Below, piece by piece: positions 44,024 through 58,520 of a stretch of DNA of 64,000 bases. The notes beneath the pieces are model-generated. The model did not search any database. It worked only from the letters and a program-made list of their open reading frames with translations, and was not told where the DNA came from. The stretch is from Eledone cirrhosa. Lineage: Eukaryota. The stretch covers positions 8,432,001 through 8,496,000 of the forward strand of contig OZ024742.1 in assembly GCA_964016885.1 (NCBI GenBank), written 5' to 3'. The position numbers and the translations under genes were made by a program. Numbering within the stretch: position 1 is the first letter of the stretch; each line of letters starts with the position of its first letter.

Positions 44024-44460
44024 TAAAACATGTCTATAGAATCACAAGATAAAATATATACTATTTCCTCCCCCAATTAGCATAATTAACTATATAAAAA
44101 ATCGAATAGACCAGGCTAGAAGAATGAGGCTTCTATGAAGAAATCTCCGACAAATAACCAAAAGTAGCCCTTCGCGTCGGCCGTAGCGGAATATTTATCA
44201 AATATTTCGACAGGGTAATCGCCCAGATACAGTCAACTAAACAGAATTAGGTGTAAAATAAACTAGGAGAAAATAGAATACATTTAAATACCTCTACAAT
44301 AGTTTCATCCGTATTTTGAGTCTTCCAATTATGTAAGAATTATATAAACTCGAGCTAATTGGGAGAGGAAATAGTATATATTTTATCTTGTGATTCTATA
44401 GACATGTTTTATGATATATAGCTCTGATTATTTAATTTATTAATTTTTCATTGAGCCACA
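44019..44460. mobile_element. Asymmetric fold-back element
   Basis: Arms ~44019-44081 and ~44353-44418 are inverted, with a right extension. Confidence 0.65.
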
Positions 44461-44518
44461 AAGTGACCAGTTGCAAAACACGTATATGTATATATATGTA
44501 TATATATATGTAAACTTT

Positions 44519-44551
<33 letters not shown>

Positions 44552-44767
44552 TATTATATTATTTTCAGAAAATATATTTATCCAAGATAAATAATTTTCA
44601 ACTATTCTATCGGAGTTAGACAAGTGGTAACACGTATGTTATCTCCATTATATCTCTCCCTCTCATTCTCTCTCTCTGTTTCTTTCTATCTCTCTCTAAG
44701 TCAGTGAGTCTCTCCCCCTTCTCTCTCTTTCTCTTTGTATACATATAAACATATAAATATATAGGAA

Positions 44768-44821
<54 letters not shown>

Positions 44822-44845
44822 TCTCATTATATATATATATATATA

Positions 44846-45032
44846 AGGGCGGTGAATTGGCAGTATCGGTAGAGGGTCGGACATGCTTTCCAGCATAGTT
44901 ACGTCCCTTTACGGTTTGAGTTCAAATCCGGCTGAGGTTAACTTTGCCTTTCATCCTTACGGGGTCGATAAAATAAAGTACCAGTAATGTACTGGGTAAT
45001 TGCTGGCCTTGTGCCTAAAGTAGAAACAATTA
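44846..45032 (+). mobile_element. tRNA-derived SINE family A, full length
   Basis: aagggcggtgaattggcagtatcgg...gagttcaaatcc...aaagtagaaacaatt. Confidence 0.88.
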
Positions 45033-45886
45033 TAAATATATATATATATATATCATTATATATATATATATATATGACTATATATACATATATGTATATG
45101 ATTATGCGTATATATATGTTAGGTAAAAACGGTTATTAAATACAACTGTTGTTTCTCACTCAGATGCTTTTATTTGCTTGTTTATATATATATATATATA
45201 TATATAAATATATGCATACATATACATATATATATATATATATATGTGGGTGTGTGTGTGTATGTATGTGTGTGTGTGTTTCCATGTGTGAATATAATGT
45301 GACGGTCAGTGATTAAGAACAAGAGAAGTGTTTGTTATCAAAAGAGATCATCAAACTGGTCAATAAAGTTATGATTGATCACCCTCTGAGATTCTGATCA
45401 ACATTATTTAGACAAGCAACGTTGACATCACCAACAACATGTTACATAGGACAAAGAACAAAGAACAACATGGAACAAAGTACACCTACCTAGGGGGACA
45501 TTTCTATATACTTTTATATGAGTTTGTATAAATGACAGCAGCCACACACACACACGCATACACATACATACACACACACACGTACACCTACACACACACA
45601 CATACATACGTACACCTACACACACACACGCACGCACACAAACACCTACACGCACACATATACACCTACACACATACACACGCACATATACACATACACC
45701 TACACACACATACACATACATACACATACACAAACACACACACACACATGCACCTACACCTACACACATACACACACATTACACACACAGATATATATTA
45801 TATACACACAAATGAATGCACGAAAATAACATACGGACATATATGCATGATGTTTATATCAATAGATATAAATTCAACACTCATTG

Positions 45887-45971
<85 letters not shown>

Positions 45972-46562
45972 CACTTAATATTATATATATATATATATTA
46001 CATATATATATATATTACACTTAATATTATTGCTCCTTAGGTTGAGCTGAAAGTAGCCTCATATATACGGCTGTTATTTCTAGCAGTACGGTTATGAGAC
46101 TAGCTAGAAACTGTAAACCATGTGCGTTACACAGTCTTTTAAAATATTTGGAATTGAAGCATATCAATTTGTTCCTGGATGTTTACTGAAGAGAGCGGGA
46201 CATGACATCCTTACACTTTTTTTATCTCGAAACATATTTGGATTTTAAAGTTTAAACTTATCTACGGAAGAGGTTTGATTTTGAAATTTAAATGTGTCTA
46301 AACATCACGGCCAGTTGGCAATACTGTTTGTCTTTGTTGATTTATTATTTTAAATCGATATGGGCAGACTGTAATATTATAATTAGTATACTTCATTCTA
46401 GCTAACTAAATTTTCTTTTGCAATATAAATACAGATATGTTGGTATTTGTGTTTCATCATATATATTAATTTATATTTAAATGTTTTACACGGCTCAGAA
46501 ATATTTCTTTCTTTGAGCTAATTTCATTGTAAAGGAATTCATTACACTTAATATATATATAC

Positions 46563-46752
46563 ATAACGAAGGAAGTGTGGTAAGGAACCAGGTGGACCAT
46601 AACGCACCAGAGTACTCGATACTTTGTGGAGTAGAGTGGGTAATAGGAAAAGGTTCAGGACCCCGACGGCAGAGCTCAAGGCGTTTCGAGTTCAGAAAAA
46701 GCCGTCGAAACGGCTTGAGCTCTGCCGCCGGGGTCCTTAACCTTTTCCTATA
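46563..46752. mobile_element. Fold-back mini copy of the 19-21 kb PLE family
   Basis: Arms ~46643-46688 and ~46706-46751 contain the HHR 3' half; left extension matches the reverse complement of 20995-21072. Confidence 0.82.
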
Positions 46753-46775
46753 CGTATACATCCATATATATATAT

Positions 46776-46845
<70 letters not shown>

Positions 46846-46916
46846 TATATATATTTTTATATTTATAATACATATATATTTATGTATATATATTAGTATG
46901 TATATACATTTATGTA

Positions 46917-46947
<31 letters not shown>

Positions 46948-47036
46948 TTACATATATATATATACATATATATACATATATATATGAATGCATATGCGTG
47001 TTTCTGTGTGTGCAAATACATGTGTAGGAGTAATAC

Positions 47037-47075
<39 letters not shown>

Positions 47076-47807
47076 TATATATATATATATATACATATAA
47101 TTATATATATATATATACATATAATTATATATATATATACACACATACGATGAGAACATGTATTTACATAAATATGTATATTTAATTTTGTATATCTTTT
47201 CCTTTGATGTGATGACTTTCACTTTTAGAACTATAATGATGGTAGTCACACCCTTAACATGGTGGGGGAGTCTGGGAGGAGTAGTGAGAGGAGCGGAGGG
47301 TGCAGGGGTGGAGGAGAGTGAGTGGGTGGGAGAGAGGGTGTTTGTGAGGGGGGGGGGCAGAACACGATGGAGGTGGGGAATGAATGAGAAAGTGAAAGAG
47401 TGAGATAGAGAAAGAGAGTGAAGAAGAGGGAGAAAGAATAAAGAGCAAAGAGGAAAGACAGAGTGGAGAAAGAGAAAAGAAAGGAGAGATACAGAATGAA
47501 TGTCTGAGAGTGTGTATGTTAGAGTGTGAGAGAGAGGGGCAGACATAGAGAGAGAGGGGGAGAGGGAGATAGAGGGGGAAGAGGGGGAGAGGGAGAGATA
47601 GGGGAAGAGAGAGAGTGAGAGGGGGAAGAGAGAGTGAGGGGAACGAGAGGGAGAGTGAGAGGGGGAAGAGAGGGAGTGAGACAGGGAGAGAGACAGGGAG
47701 AGTGAGAGAGAGAGAGAGTGACGATTCAATGTTTCTCTGACACTACCAAAGACGAGATTTAAAGATTAACGTTGAAATACTACGGCGAGATATGGAATGT
47801 CACAGTG

Positions 47808-47909
<102 letters not shown>

Positions 47910-47911
47910 TG

Positions 47912-47949
<38 letters not shown>

Positions 47950-47968
47950 TACATATATATATATATAC

Positions 47969-48001
<33 letters not shown>

Positions 48002-48008
48002 CATATAT

Positions 48009-48122
<114 letters not shown>

Positions 48123-48128
48123 GTATAC

Positions 48129-48196
<68 letters not shown>

Positions 48197-48215
48197 ATAT
48201 ATACATATACATATA

Positions 48216-48247
<32 letters not shown>

Positions 48248-48266
48248 CATATATATACATATATAC

Positions 48267-48351
<85 letters not shown>

Positions 48352-48354
48352 GGA

Positions 48355-48571
48355 AGACGATCGACTTTCGTCAAATCGGACCGAGGGAACAATGTTTCCG
48401 TTGGTCTTTCCAATTGCTAATACTATCTAGCGGTCGCAACTCCAGGTAGAAGGAGCAGCGTGAAATAAAGTGTCTTGCTCAAGGACATAACGCATCGCCT
48501 GGTCCAGGAATCGAACTCACAACCTTACGATTGCGAATCCAATTCTCTAACCACTCAGCCACACGCCTTCA
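48355..48571 (-). mobile_element. tRNA-derived SINE family B, full length
   Basis: Reverse complement: gaaggcgtgtggctgagtggtt...gagttcgattcc...tgtccttgagcaagacactt; matches 57684-57899. Confidence 0.85.
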
Positions 48572-48573
48572 CA

Positions 48574-48636
<63 letters not shown>

Positions 48637-49248
48637 GTGTGTGTGTGTGTGTTTGAATGCACTTATGTTTGAATGTCTGTGTGTGTGTGTGAATGCATGT
48701 GTGTTTGAGTGCATGTGTGTGTGTGTGTGTGTTTTGCTGTCTGAAATTGTCTCTTGTTCTCGTCATTTAAGCGAATATTAAAAATAAAAATAAGATAAAA
48801 TGAAATGCAATAAAATGAAATTTTCAACGTGAATCAGTACCAGATTTTCACCCTTACAAAACAGTCGCCACCTTAAATATGAGTAAATCTCAGCCCAGCT
48901 TTAAATGTCTCGGTCACATGTGATCTCACCACGCATGCGTACAAACAATCAGCAACCAACGCTCTTTTCTAAAAAAAAAAACACAGAAAACACCGGTGTT
49001 TATTTCCCCTTTAAATCATTCTTTGTTGTTTGTCGCATCAGCATTTTATTTCAGTTGTTGTTTGATGTTTGTTGTTGCTGTTACTATTATTGTGTTTCCG
49101 ATTTAAATAATTCGTCATGTTATGTCGTTGTTATTGTCATTATGAGTCAACATTTGAGATTGGTTTGTTGTTGTTGCAGTTGTAGTTGAATTAATGCATT
49201 TGCACAGTATTCATTCATGAGATATTTCAAAATACCACTCTGCGTGAG

Positions 49249-49290
<42 letters not shown>

Positions 49291-49301
49291 TCTTTTCCTA
49301 C

Positions 49302-49338
<37 letters not shown>

Positions 49339-49423
49339 GTATGTAAAAGGTAAACAGAAATAACAACACGATTGGTACAGTATATGGTAGGAATATATTA
49401 TGTTAACGCTTGAAATAGCAGGA

Positions 49424-49468
<45 letters not shown>

Positions 49469-49484
49469 TATACATATAAGTATG

Positions 49485-50312
<828 letters not shown>

Positions 50313-50459
50313 GCACATGGTCAGATTTAAGGATAGCGATAATGACGACCCTTTGAATACACACGAGACAAGCTTGGCCTTAATAATGAAAATATACATA
50401 CATAAACATATGTCTGCGTGTGTGTGTTTGTGTGTGTATGTATTTGCGTATATATATGT

Positions 50460-51050
50460 GTGTCAGTTGGTGCTACTAGTAACATGTATCCCAGTACAAC
50501 CTGACTCATGGTCGGGTCGTTGGCGACTAAACTGGCAACCCCACCAAGGTGAGGAGGGTGACTTTGGACATCCCGCAGGACTAAAAGCAAAACCTGTCAA
50601 AGGGCAAAGGAGCTCTTAAGAGTCAATGGCCATCCAAATCACCGGGACAGATGACCCCTTAGCCTTTGTCAAGGCAGAATTCTAGGAGAAGGAAAACTCT
50701 GATATAACACCTGCAACTCTGATGGTATCCAATGATGTTGACTTGTTCTTCTTTTTGGTAAATATCATCTTGGTTAAGAGAGTGGGACTGGCTTTGTGCA
50801 GTGCCTTTGCTCACTATAAAAGCTTCACGGCACATGCATTGCCTTATATCTGTAGATCTCTCTGCACTTGTCGTCACATGGTACTATGGGCCCAGCACTG
50901 TGTAAATAGTTGTCGCAAGTGTAGTGTTTGTACCAGAGTTTTCAAGTCGCTGGCTGGACTAAAAAGTCACATTCGTTCAGCGCATCGGTAGGGGTTCTCC
51001 TACATGGATATAAAGTAATGGCCGTCCTCGAAAATGAGTTGGCAGCCAAC
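50460..51050 (+). mobile_element. Short RTE-like non-autonomous element (5'UTR-like part plus C2H2-like 3' end)
   Basis: RTE-like 5' motif ctaggagaaggaaaactctga; terminal [23 protein letters not shown]; 3' end repeated at 34213-34329. Confidence 0.55.
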
Positions 51051-51072
51051 ATATATATATGTGTATATGTGA

Positions 51073-51180
<108 letters not shown>

Positions 51181-51370
51181 ATAATAATAAAATTGAAGAC
51201 TAAAATCCAAAGAGGGCTCGATAAGGAAAATATATATCAAATATATAAGAACCGCAGAGCAAATATTTATTAAAATAACAGATTAAATTTTAAACAAAGA
51301 AACGCTGCTTTCACCCTTAACGGGATCTTCTGAAACTAACAAAGTCAATATGAATATATATATCTATGCA

Positions 51371-51452
<82 letters not shown>

Positions 51453-51959
51453 TATATGAATATATATATATATACATATCTGCATTGAGCTTGCATATAT
51501 TTACACACATGTGTTCATTTATAATTTAACTAGTTCCAGCAAATTAGATGTAGCTACATGTGGCCTTGGCAACTGTGTTCTCCATATATACGTCTGTAGC
51601 ACACACACACGCACGCACACACACACATACACACATATACACATACACACACACATATACACACACATATACACGTACACACACACACACACGCACACAC
51701 ACACATACACACACACACACACACACACGCATACATACACACACACATGTACATACATATCCACATCCGGACAAAATAAAATCGAACCCACAGCAAAAAT
51801 TGATGATATTTCTCAAAAGAGGCTTCATTATTGTTGACATTCATTGTATTCACATTTATAGTGACCATATGAAAATAAAATTAATGTTTATTCATAAGCA
51901 ACATGAAATAATCAATGTAATCGATGAATCAGTTATGTAGGACTATTTGAATTCTTTTA

Positions 51960-52690
51960 ATAATGATTTTTAACTTCGTCACAAGGCCAGAAATTCAGGT
52001 GAAGAAGAAATCGATTACAGAAACCCCAGAATTTAACTGGTATTTTATTTTATTGATCACGGAAGAGTGAAAAGTGAGTTTGACCCCGATGGGATTTGAA
52101 AACTGAAGGTAAAGGGATGCAACGAGGTGCTATAATGTATTTGTCCTACAATATTATTAGTTATCGATTTAGGGAAAGAGAACATCGATATTATCGACCA
52201 CAGTACTTAGATTGTACTTTATTTTATTGACCCTGATGGAAAGTGGAATTCGAGGGTAAAGGACACAACGAGGTACTACGAAATATTTGTCCTACAATGT
52301 AATTATTTTAATATCGATTTCTATCTTCGTCACAAGGCCATTAATTTAGGGAAAGAGAATGTCGGTATTATCATTAAGTGGTACTTCTTTACCCTGAGGG
52401 TAAGTGAAAACCGAGGGTAAAGGGACGCAACGAGGTACTACGAAATATTTGCCCTGCATTGTAATTCTTTTAATGATTTTTAAATTTAAGGTTATGCTCC
52501 AGCAAGGCCACTGTCTGGTGACGGATACCAATAAGACAGTAACGTATATATTACATTAAAGTTTTGCCCCAGCAGGGCCGCTGTCTTGTGACCAATAAGA
52601 GACTAACAATACATATTACTTTAAGGTGTTGCCCCAGCAGGGCCACTGTTTACTGACCAACACCAATCAGAGAGTATCGTATAAATTATA
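51960..52690. repeat. Degenerate tandem SINE-A-derived units followed by three ~65-bp repeats
   Basis: cttcgtcacaaggcca / gggaaagagaa / aaagggacgcaacgaggt recur; ttaaggt.ttgccccagcagggcc.ctgt occurs three times at 52486-52660. Confidence 0.65.
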
Positions 52691-54077
52691 TTCTTCTATT
52701 TCAATGAATAAATAATCATTCTTTATCTGAAATCTGTGTCTAAAGACTTAAAGCATCTCCTCCCTCCCTCTCTCAAAAATTTTCCAATAAAGGTTTCCAA
52801 AGTATGACTAGACTGTTGATGTTTGAACAATAAAATCAATTACGATAGCAGACGGAAATGCTAGTTGTTACCTTGAGGCTAACGTTAGAAATAAAGATAA
52901 AATCCACATCCAGTTAAACATTTAACATTGAAGAGAATTCAAATATTTTATCAAACCCAAACATACATTTAGCATATAGCTGTGAGACATTTTTCTGTCA
53001 TAGAAATCTTTCCTCGCTTCACCATTCCCTCCCCCACTAGCACCCACACCTCTCTCTCCTCCCCATCCACGATCGATACCTCCAAACTTACCCCTACTTT
53101 TAGTTTAACTTTAGTAGCCTGAAGTCAATTGCAACATACCCAACATACACCCTCCCCTATACTTCGTATCTCCTTCTCAGCTTCATCTCTTTCTCACTCT
53201 CACCCTCTCACCCACACCCCCTCACTGTTATTCTCTCTCTGTCTCTAACTCTCTCCACCCCCCACCGTTCTCTCATGCTCTGTTTTCATGAACCACCATA
53301 GTTATTCAGATTGTCTGTGGAAGACAGTTATACACACACACATATATATACACATATACATATATGACTTTACATATATATACTTACATATATGTATACA
53401 CATATACATATACGACTTTACGTATATATATACTTACATATATGTATATACATATATGCATATACACATATACATATGTATATGTGTATGTATATATATA
53501 TTTACAAATACATATAGTTATGTGTGTGTGTGTCAAACCGTGTCTCTCTATATATACATACGTATTGTATATATACACGACCCAAACTATATACATATCT
53601 AATATTAGGTTTGTGTGTGAGTCCTACCTTTCTATTTATACCAACAATCTGACGTGTGTTTAGCCACATAAACTGATATGTGTAGTTTTAAACATGGTTC
53701 TCTCTCATGATTTATATTTTTATAGTTTGATGTATTCACAAATCTATTCGTAGGTTTCCGCTGCTTGAAATATTTCATGTACTTGTCTTGAGGCCATTAC
53801 TAGTTGTGATTGGTTAGGTAACATAATTTACTGTTGTTAATGTTGTTGTTTATCCTCATGTTGTCAGCTGTGATGGAGCAGATCTTTGGCCAATATTCTT
53901 GAGAAGATTCAAGAAAACAGTCGTGAATATCCAACTCAAATTCGCTATATTTATTTTTACTTATCATAAAGTAATTATATATTAATACAAGAAATAATCA
54001 GTGAGTATAATTTACAAAAAGCAAACAAATATTGATATAACGTGAGTATACATTAGTTTAGTCATATGGTTTCTGAT

Positions 54078-54288
54078 TTAGGTACAAGGCAAACAATTTT
54101 GTAGAGGAGCAGAGAGTCGATTAAATCCACCTCAGTGCATTACTGGTACTTTATTTTATTGACTTCTGAAAGATGAAAGCCAAAGCTAACCTCGGAGGGA
54201 TTTGAACTCAGAATGTAAAAGAACTTAAATATATGCCACAAAACATGTGGTCCGATGCTCTACCGATTGCTGCCAAACCACCCCCCTT
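54078..54288 (-). mobile_element. tRNA-derived SINE family A, diverged (another remnant at ~56000-56145)
   Basis: cagtgcattactggtactttatttt...ggatttgaactcag...ctaccgatt.ctgccaa. Confidence 0.75.
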
Positions 54289-54512
54289 AGTAGCCAAAAC
54301 CTGTCAGAATCTGTTTACTTAGATAATTAATTCTAGGAGATGGTGACTAAATGTCGATTCTATTAAATTGTGACTAGCTATGGTCCAATATGGTCTTGCT
54401 TTTGATGATAGTCAACCATGATATAATGTCGAGTGTTGCTTATAGTATACAAACTGCCGTATCGAACAGGGTTAACAACAATATTGGATGTTCTGTTAGT
54501 AGTAAAAAGAAC

Positions 54513-54660
54513 GTGGAGGCACAGGGCCTAGTGGTAATCGTGTTGGGCTTACGTTCATAATGACGTGGGTTCGATTCCTGGACTGGGTTGTGTGTTGTGC
54601 TATTGAGCTAAAAAACTGCATTTCACGTTGCTCCAGTTTTCTTAGTTGAAAATAAGTACC
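54513..54660 (+). mobile_element. tRNA-derived SINE family B, diverged
   Basis: ggaggcacagggcctagtggt...gggttcgattcctgg...catttcacgttgctccag. Confidence 0.65.
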
Positions 54661-55220
54661 TGAGGGGTTAACCCCCCGATGGACCGGTGTCCTGAGGGAA
54701 GTCTTATACTTTCAGTCGCTTCACACCACTGTCCAGAAGGAAGTCTTATACTTTCAGTCCCTTCACACCACGGAAACCGGAGCACCGACCTAATGAGTCT
54801 CTGGGATCAGGACAGATTTTAGACTTTAACGACTATATCTCGGACTGTTTGGTAATTTTAGTCTCATTTTCTTTTGTAAATAATGTTAGATATAATGTTA
54901 GATATAATCAATATTGTTACATGAGAAATCTACAAACAAAAATAACAATATTTACCTATTTCTTAATTTAAAAAATAATGTTATTCTACATTTTGAACAT
55001 CCTATAAATATGTAAAGAAAACTGGGAGTGACAGAACTTTATAATAACAGAAAATTAATTAGATTTTTTTCTTTTAGTTATAGAAAGTAAATTTAGTAAA
55101 CAACAGGCTTGGAACATAGAATTAGATTTTCAGAAATATTATTTTCTTGTGTATGTTTACCATAAATAAATGTCAAACATTATACTTCCAAACAAACTTA
55201 TATATATATATATATATATA

Positions 55221-55441
55221 GTAAGGGGTGCTGAACATTTCCTGACATGAGCGCTGCTACAGAGGCCTGGTTGGAGACCCAACATTCCGAGTTCATTTTT
55301 TGCAGGGCTTAGAAAAGACTGAAGGACCGAGACAATTAGTGCGTGAATCTGAGAGGGAAATATGTTGAATAAAATCATAATTAACTTATGCTCTTTTATT
55401 TTATTTCCCCCAAAGCTAGGTACTTTTCAGCACCCCCACGA
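55221..55441. mobile_element. Mariner-like MITE
   Basis: Imperfect TIRs ggggtgctgaacatttcctg / ctaggtacttttcagcacccc; non-coding interior. Confidence 0.55.
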
Positions 55442-56446
55442 ATATCTGATAATAGATATGTAGGATTTTATTGTACTCCTGTGACAAGCTTCTCGAAATA
55501 AGGTTCAATTTCCTTCTCTGAGGAATCAGTATTATAGAATTAACATACTGAAGTGACTTCCAGTTTTTGGTTTTCAATTTTAAAATCATTCTTCAACGTG
55601 TAAAACTTTCTTATTCTCTTTATTTGTGGATGAATTGAATTGATTTGTAATCAGGGAAAGCAAGAAATCCGTCCCAATAGACTTGACAATAGTATGGCAC
55701 CTCAAAAGATGGTTTATGAATGAAGTCATAATGAAGTAAGATGAGAACTATTGAAAGTTCCTCAGTATTTCTGCTCTCCATGTAGATTGTGATAAAATGG
55801 ATTAGCTAGCTATATCTGATTGTCTAAGTACTTCAGTTGTTTCTCGGGAAAATATGTCCCGAAAGTTATAGGCAGCAAAAGAAGACGACCAGGAATATTT
55901 TTCACTGTATTCTCTAGATCAGATTGTTTTTCTTGCAAAGTAAAATATTTCAGGAAGATTTTCAAATATAGCACTTTCGAGAAATAAGTTCCTGCATGTC
56001 ACTGGTGCTTTTACGGAGCCCAGCCGGTGTAAAAGCAAAGTTGATCCCTTTCTTTCCTCCGTGAGTTGAACTCAGAATATGAAAGTTTGTTACTAAATAC
56101 TTTACAGATTTCTGTCGGATGCTCTACCGATTCTGGCAATCAACCGACCAGCGTTCTTATATTGAACACTGTAGAGTTTGTCTAGTGTACTGAGTGTACT
56201 GAGTTGAACGTCTCCTGTCGGCTGTAGTACAAATAGGAATGTATGTAGGAATATATATGTTTTACGTATGTTGGTATATATAAGAATGTATGTAGGTATA
56301 TATATATATGACTGTATATTGGGATATATATATAAGCAAAAGGGATATTCAATTTGTTGCTAATTCAACAAATATAAATGTTTATAACTGATTCAGAGCA
56401 CTCGACAGTTTTTCTGGAGTATAATATTCAATGAAACTATATATAT

Positions 56447-57242
56447 AAACGGAAAAAATGAAACGAAATTTTATTTCTCACTCTTAGTACGGCTGTTACT
56501 TAAATATAAGTATGTATACGTACATACATATATGTATACAGACGTACAGTAGTATATATACATACGTACAGTAGTGTATATACATACATGCACACATATA
56601 TATATATATGTACGTATGGATTCACCGAACATTTATTATAATGCTCGGTGTGTTTGTAAACAAACATCCCGAATTAAACCGTACAGTGTCTAGCCACCAT
56701 CGTTGCTCATTTGTTCAACACTGACAAAGGAACGCTGTACTAGTTTCAAGCTTATTAGCTATCGTGAGCATCGTATACCTTCCTGCCAGATGATTGAACA
56801 TCTGAAAGTATATACTTTCCTTATGCATATTAACGGCTGAGCAGCCTAATTTGCATATCGAGTGAGTTAATCGGCCGGGTACCGAAAACGATAAACGGAT
56901 GTTCAATCATCTGGCAGGAAGGTATACGTTGCTGACGATAGCTAATAAGCTTGAAACTAGTACAGCGTTCCTTTGTCGGCTTAATTCGGGCTGTTTGTTT
57001 ACAAACACACCAAAACATTATAAAAAATGTTCGGTGAATCCATACGTACATATATATATGTGTGCATGTATGTATATATATATATACATACTACTGTACG
57101 TCTGTATACATATATGTATGTACGTATACATACTTATATTTAAGTAACAGCCGTACTAAGAGTGAGAAATGAAATTTCGTTTCATTTTTTCCGTTTACCG
57201 TTTTCGGTACCCCGGCCGATTAACTCACTCGATATGCAAATA
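56447..57242. mobile_element. Retrozyme-like repeat: full ~445-nt permuted unit plus inverted copy
   Basis: Unit runs from aaacgga (56448) to aaacgga (56893); inverted copy 56900-57242 crosses the unit junction; intact HHR 56926-56968 (+), mutated HHR (CTCACGA) ~56732-56774 (-). Confidence 0.85.
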
Positions 57243-57277
57243 CGTACATATATGTATGTACGTATACATACTTATAT

Positions 57278-57575
57278 ATTTATAAAACCATATGTATTCT
57301 ATTATATATATTTCAAGGGTACCAAAACTTTGGTACGCTCTCAGCAGATAAAATACAAAGTTTGTTTTATAAATATTGACATAACCAAGAAAAAATATCT
57401 TAACGGTTCCAGGAAAAACTTGAATCGTTAAGGTATTTTTTCTTTGTTATGTCAATATTTATAAAATAAACTTTGTATTTTATCTGATGAGAGCGTACCA
57501 AAGTTTTGGTACCCTTGCAATATATATAATAGAATAAATATGGTTTTATAAATATAGTTTCCATTTATTTAATAT
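57278..57575. mobile_element. Fold-back element with HHR on both arms (family of 14215-14629)
   Basis: Right arm: tattttat-CTGATGA(57484)-gagcgtaccaaa..tttggtaccctt-GCAA-tatata-TA-atagaata; left arm has CTGCTGA...GAAA. Confidence 0.82.
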
Positions 57576-57683
57576 CATTGTGTGTATGTATATATATGTG
57601 TATATGTATATATATGTGTGTATGTATATATATATATGTGTGTGTGTGTGTGCGTGTCTCTGTGTGTGTGTGTGTGTGTGTGT

Positions 57684-57899
57684 GAAGACACGTGGCTGAG
57701 TGGTTAGAGAATTGGATTCGCAATTGTGAGGTTGTGACTTCGAATCACGAACCAGGCAATTCGTTATGTCCTTAGACAAGACACTTTATTTCACGTTGTC
57801 CTTTTACCTGGAGTTATGACCGATAGAGAGTATTATCAATTGGAAAGACTAACGGAAACATTGCTTCCTCGGTCCGATTTGACGAACGTCGATCGACTT
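57684..57899 (+). mobile_element. tRNA-derived SINE family B
   Basis: Reverse-complement homolog of 48355-48571. Confidence 0.85.
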
Positions 57900-57913
57900 A
57901 TATATATATATAT

Positions 57914-58339
57914 ATATTAATAAGAGGAATTCCAACTTTGTCTGATTTACTCGTTTTATTTACGATCCTTTAAAATTTATAATGGTATTATAATGAAATA
58001 GTATGGTAGAATATTAAATTCTAAGTGTTAATTGAACAACTACTTTCATGCTTTCGCAATCTTCAGGTTCATAATGTGTGGTGACAGTCAAGTTTGCAAT
58101 TTTCAACTGTGAAATTGCAAACTTGACTGTCACCACATAATATGAACCTGAAGATTGCGAAAGCATGAAAGTACTTCTTCAATTAACACTTAGAATTTAA
58201 TATTCTACCATACTATTTCATTATAATACCATTATAAATTTTAAAGGATCGTAAATAAAACGAGTAAATCAGACAAAGTTGGAATTCCTCTTATTAATAT
58301 AATCTTCTATACACAATCATACACACCTGTGTATATTTA

Positions 58340-58342
<3 letters not shown>
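57914..58342. mobile_element. Asymmetric fold-back element with an ultra-minimal HHR
   Basis: Arms ~57914-58102 and ~58111-58300; tgaac-CTGAAGA(58148)-ttgc-GAAA-gcatgaaagtac-TT-(g/c)ttca; ~40-bp right extension. Confidence 0.8.
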
Positions 58343-58379
<37 letters not shown>

Positions 58380-58520
58380 TATATATATATATGGAAGTAT
58401 ATAGGTATATATGAATGTATAAATGTTCTAATACGCTCTGACACACCGGAATCCCAATTAATTCTACGCAAAACTCAAGTAAATAAAGTAGAACGTAAAA
58501 TATATCAAGCTTGGCATTTT

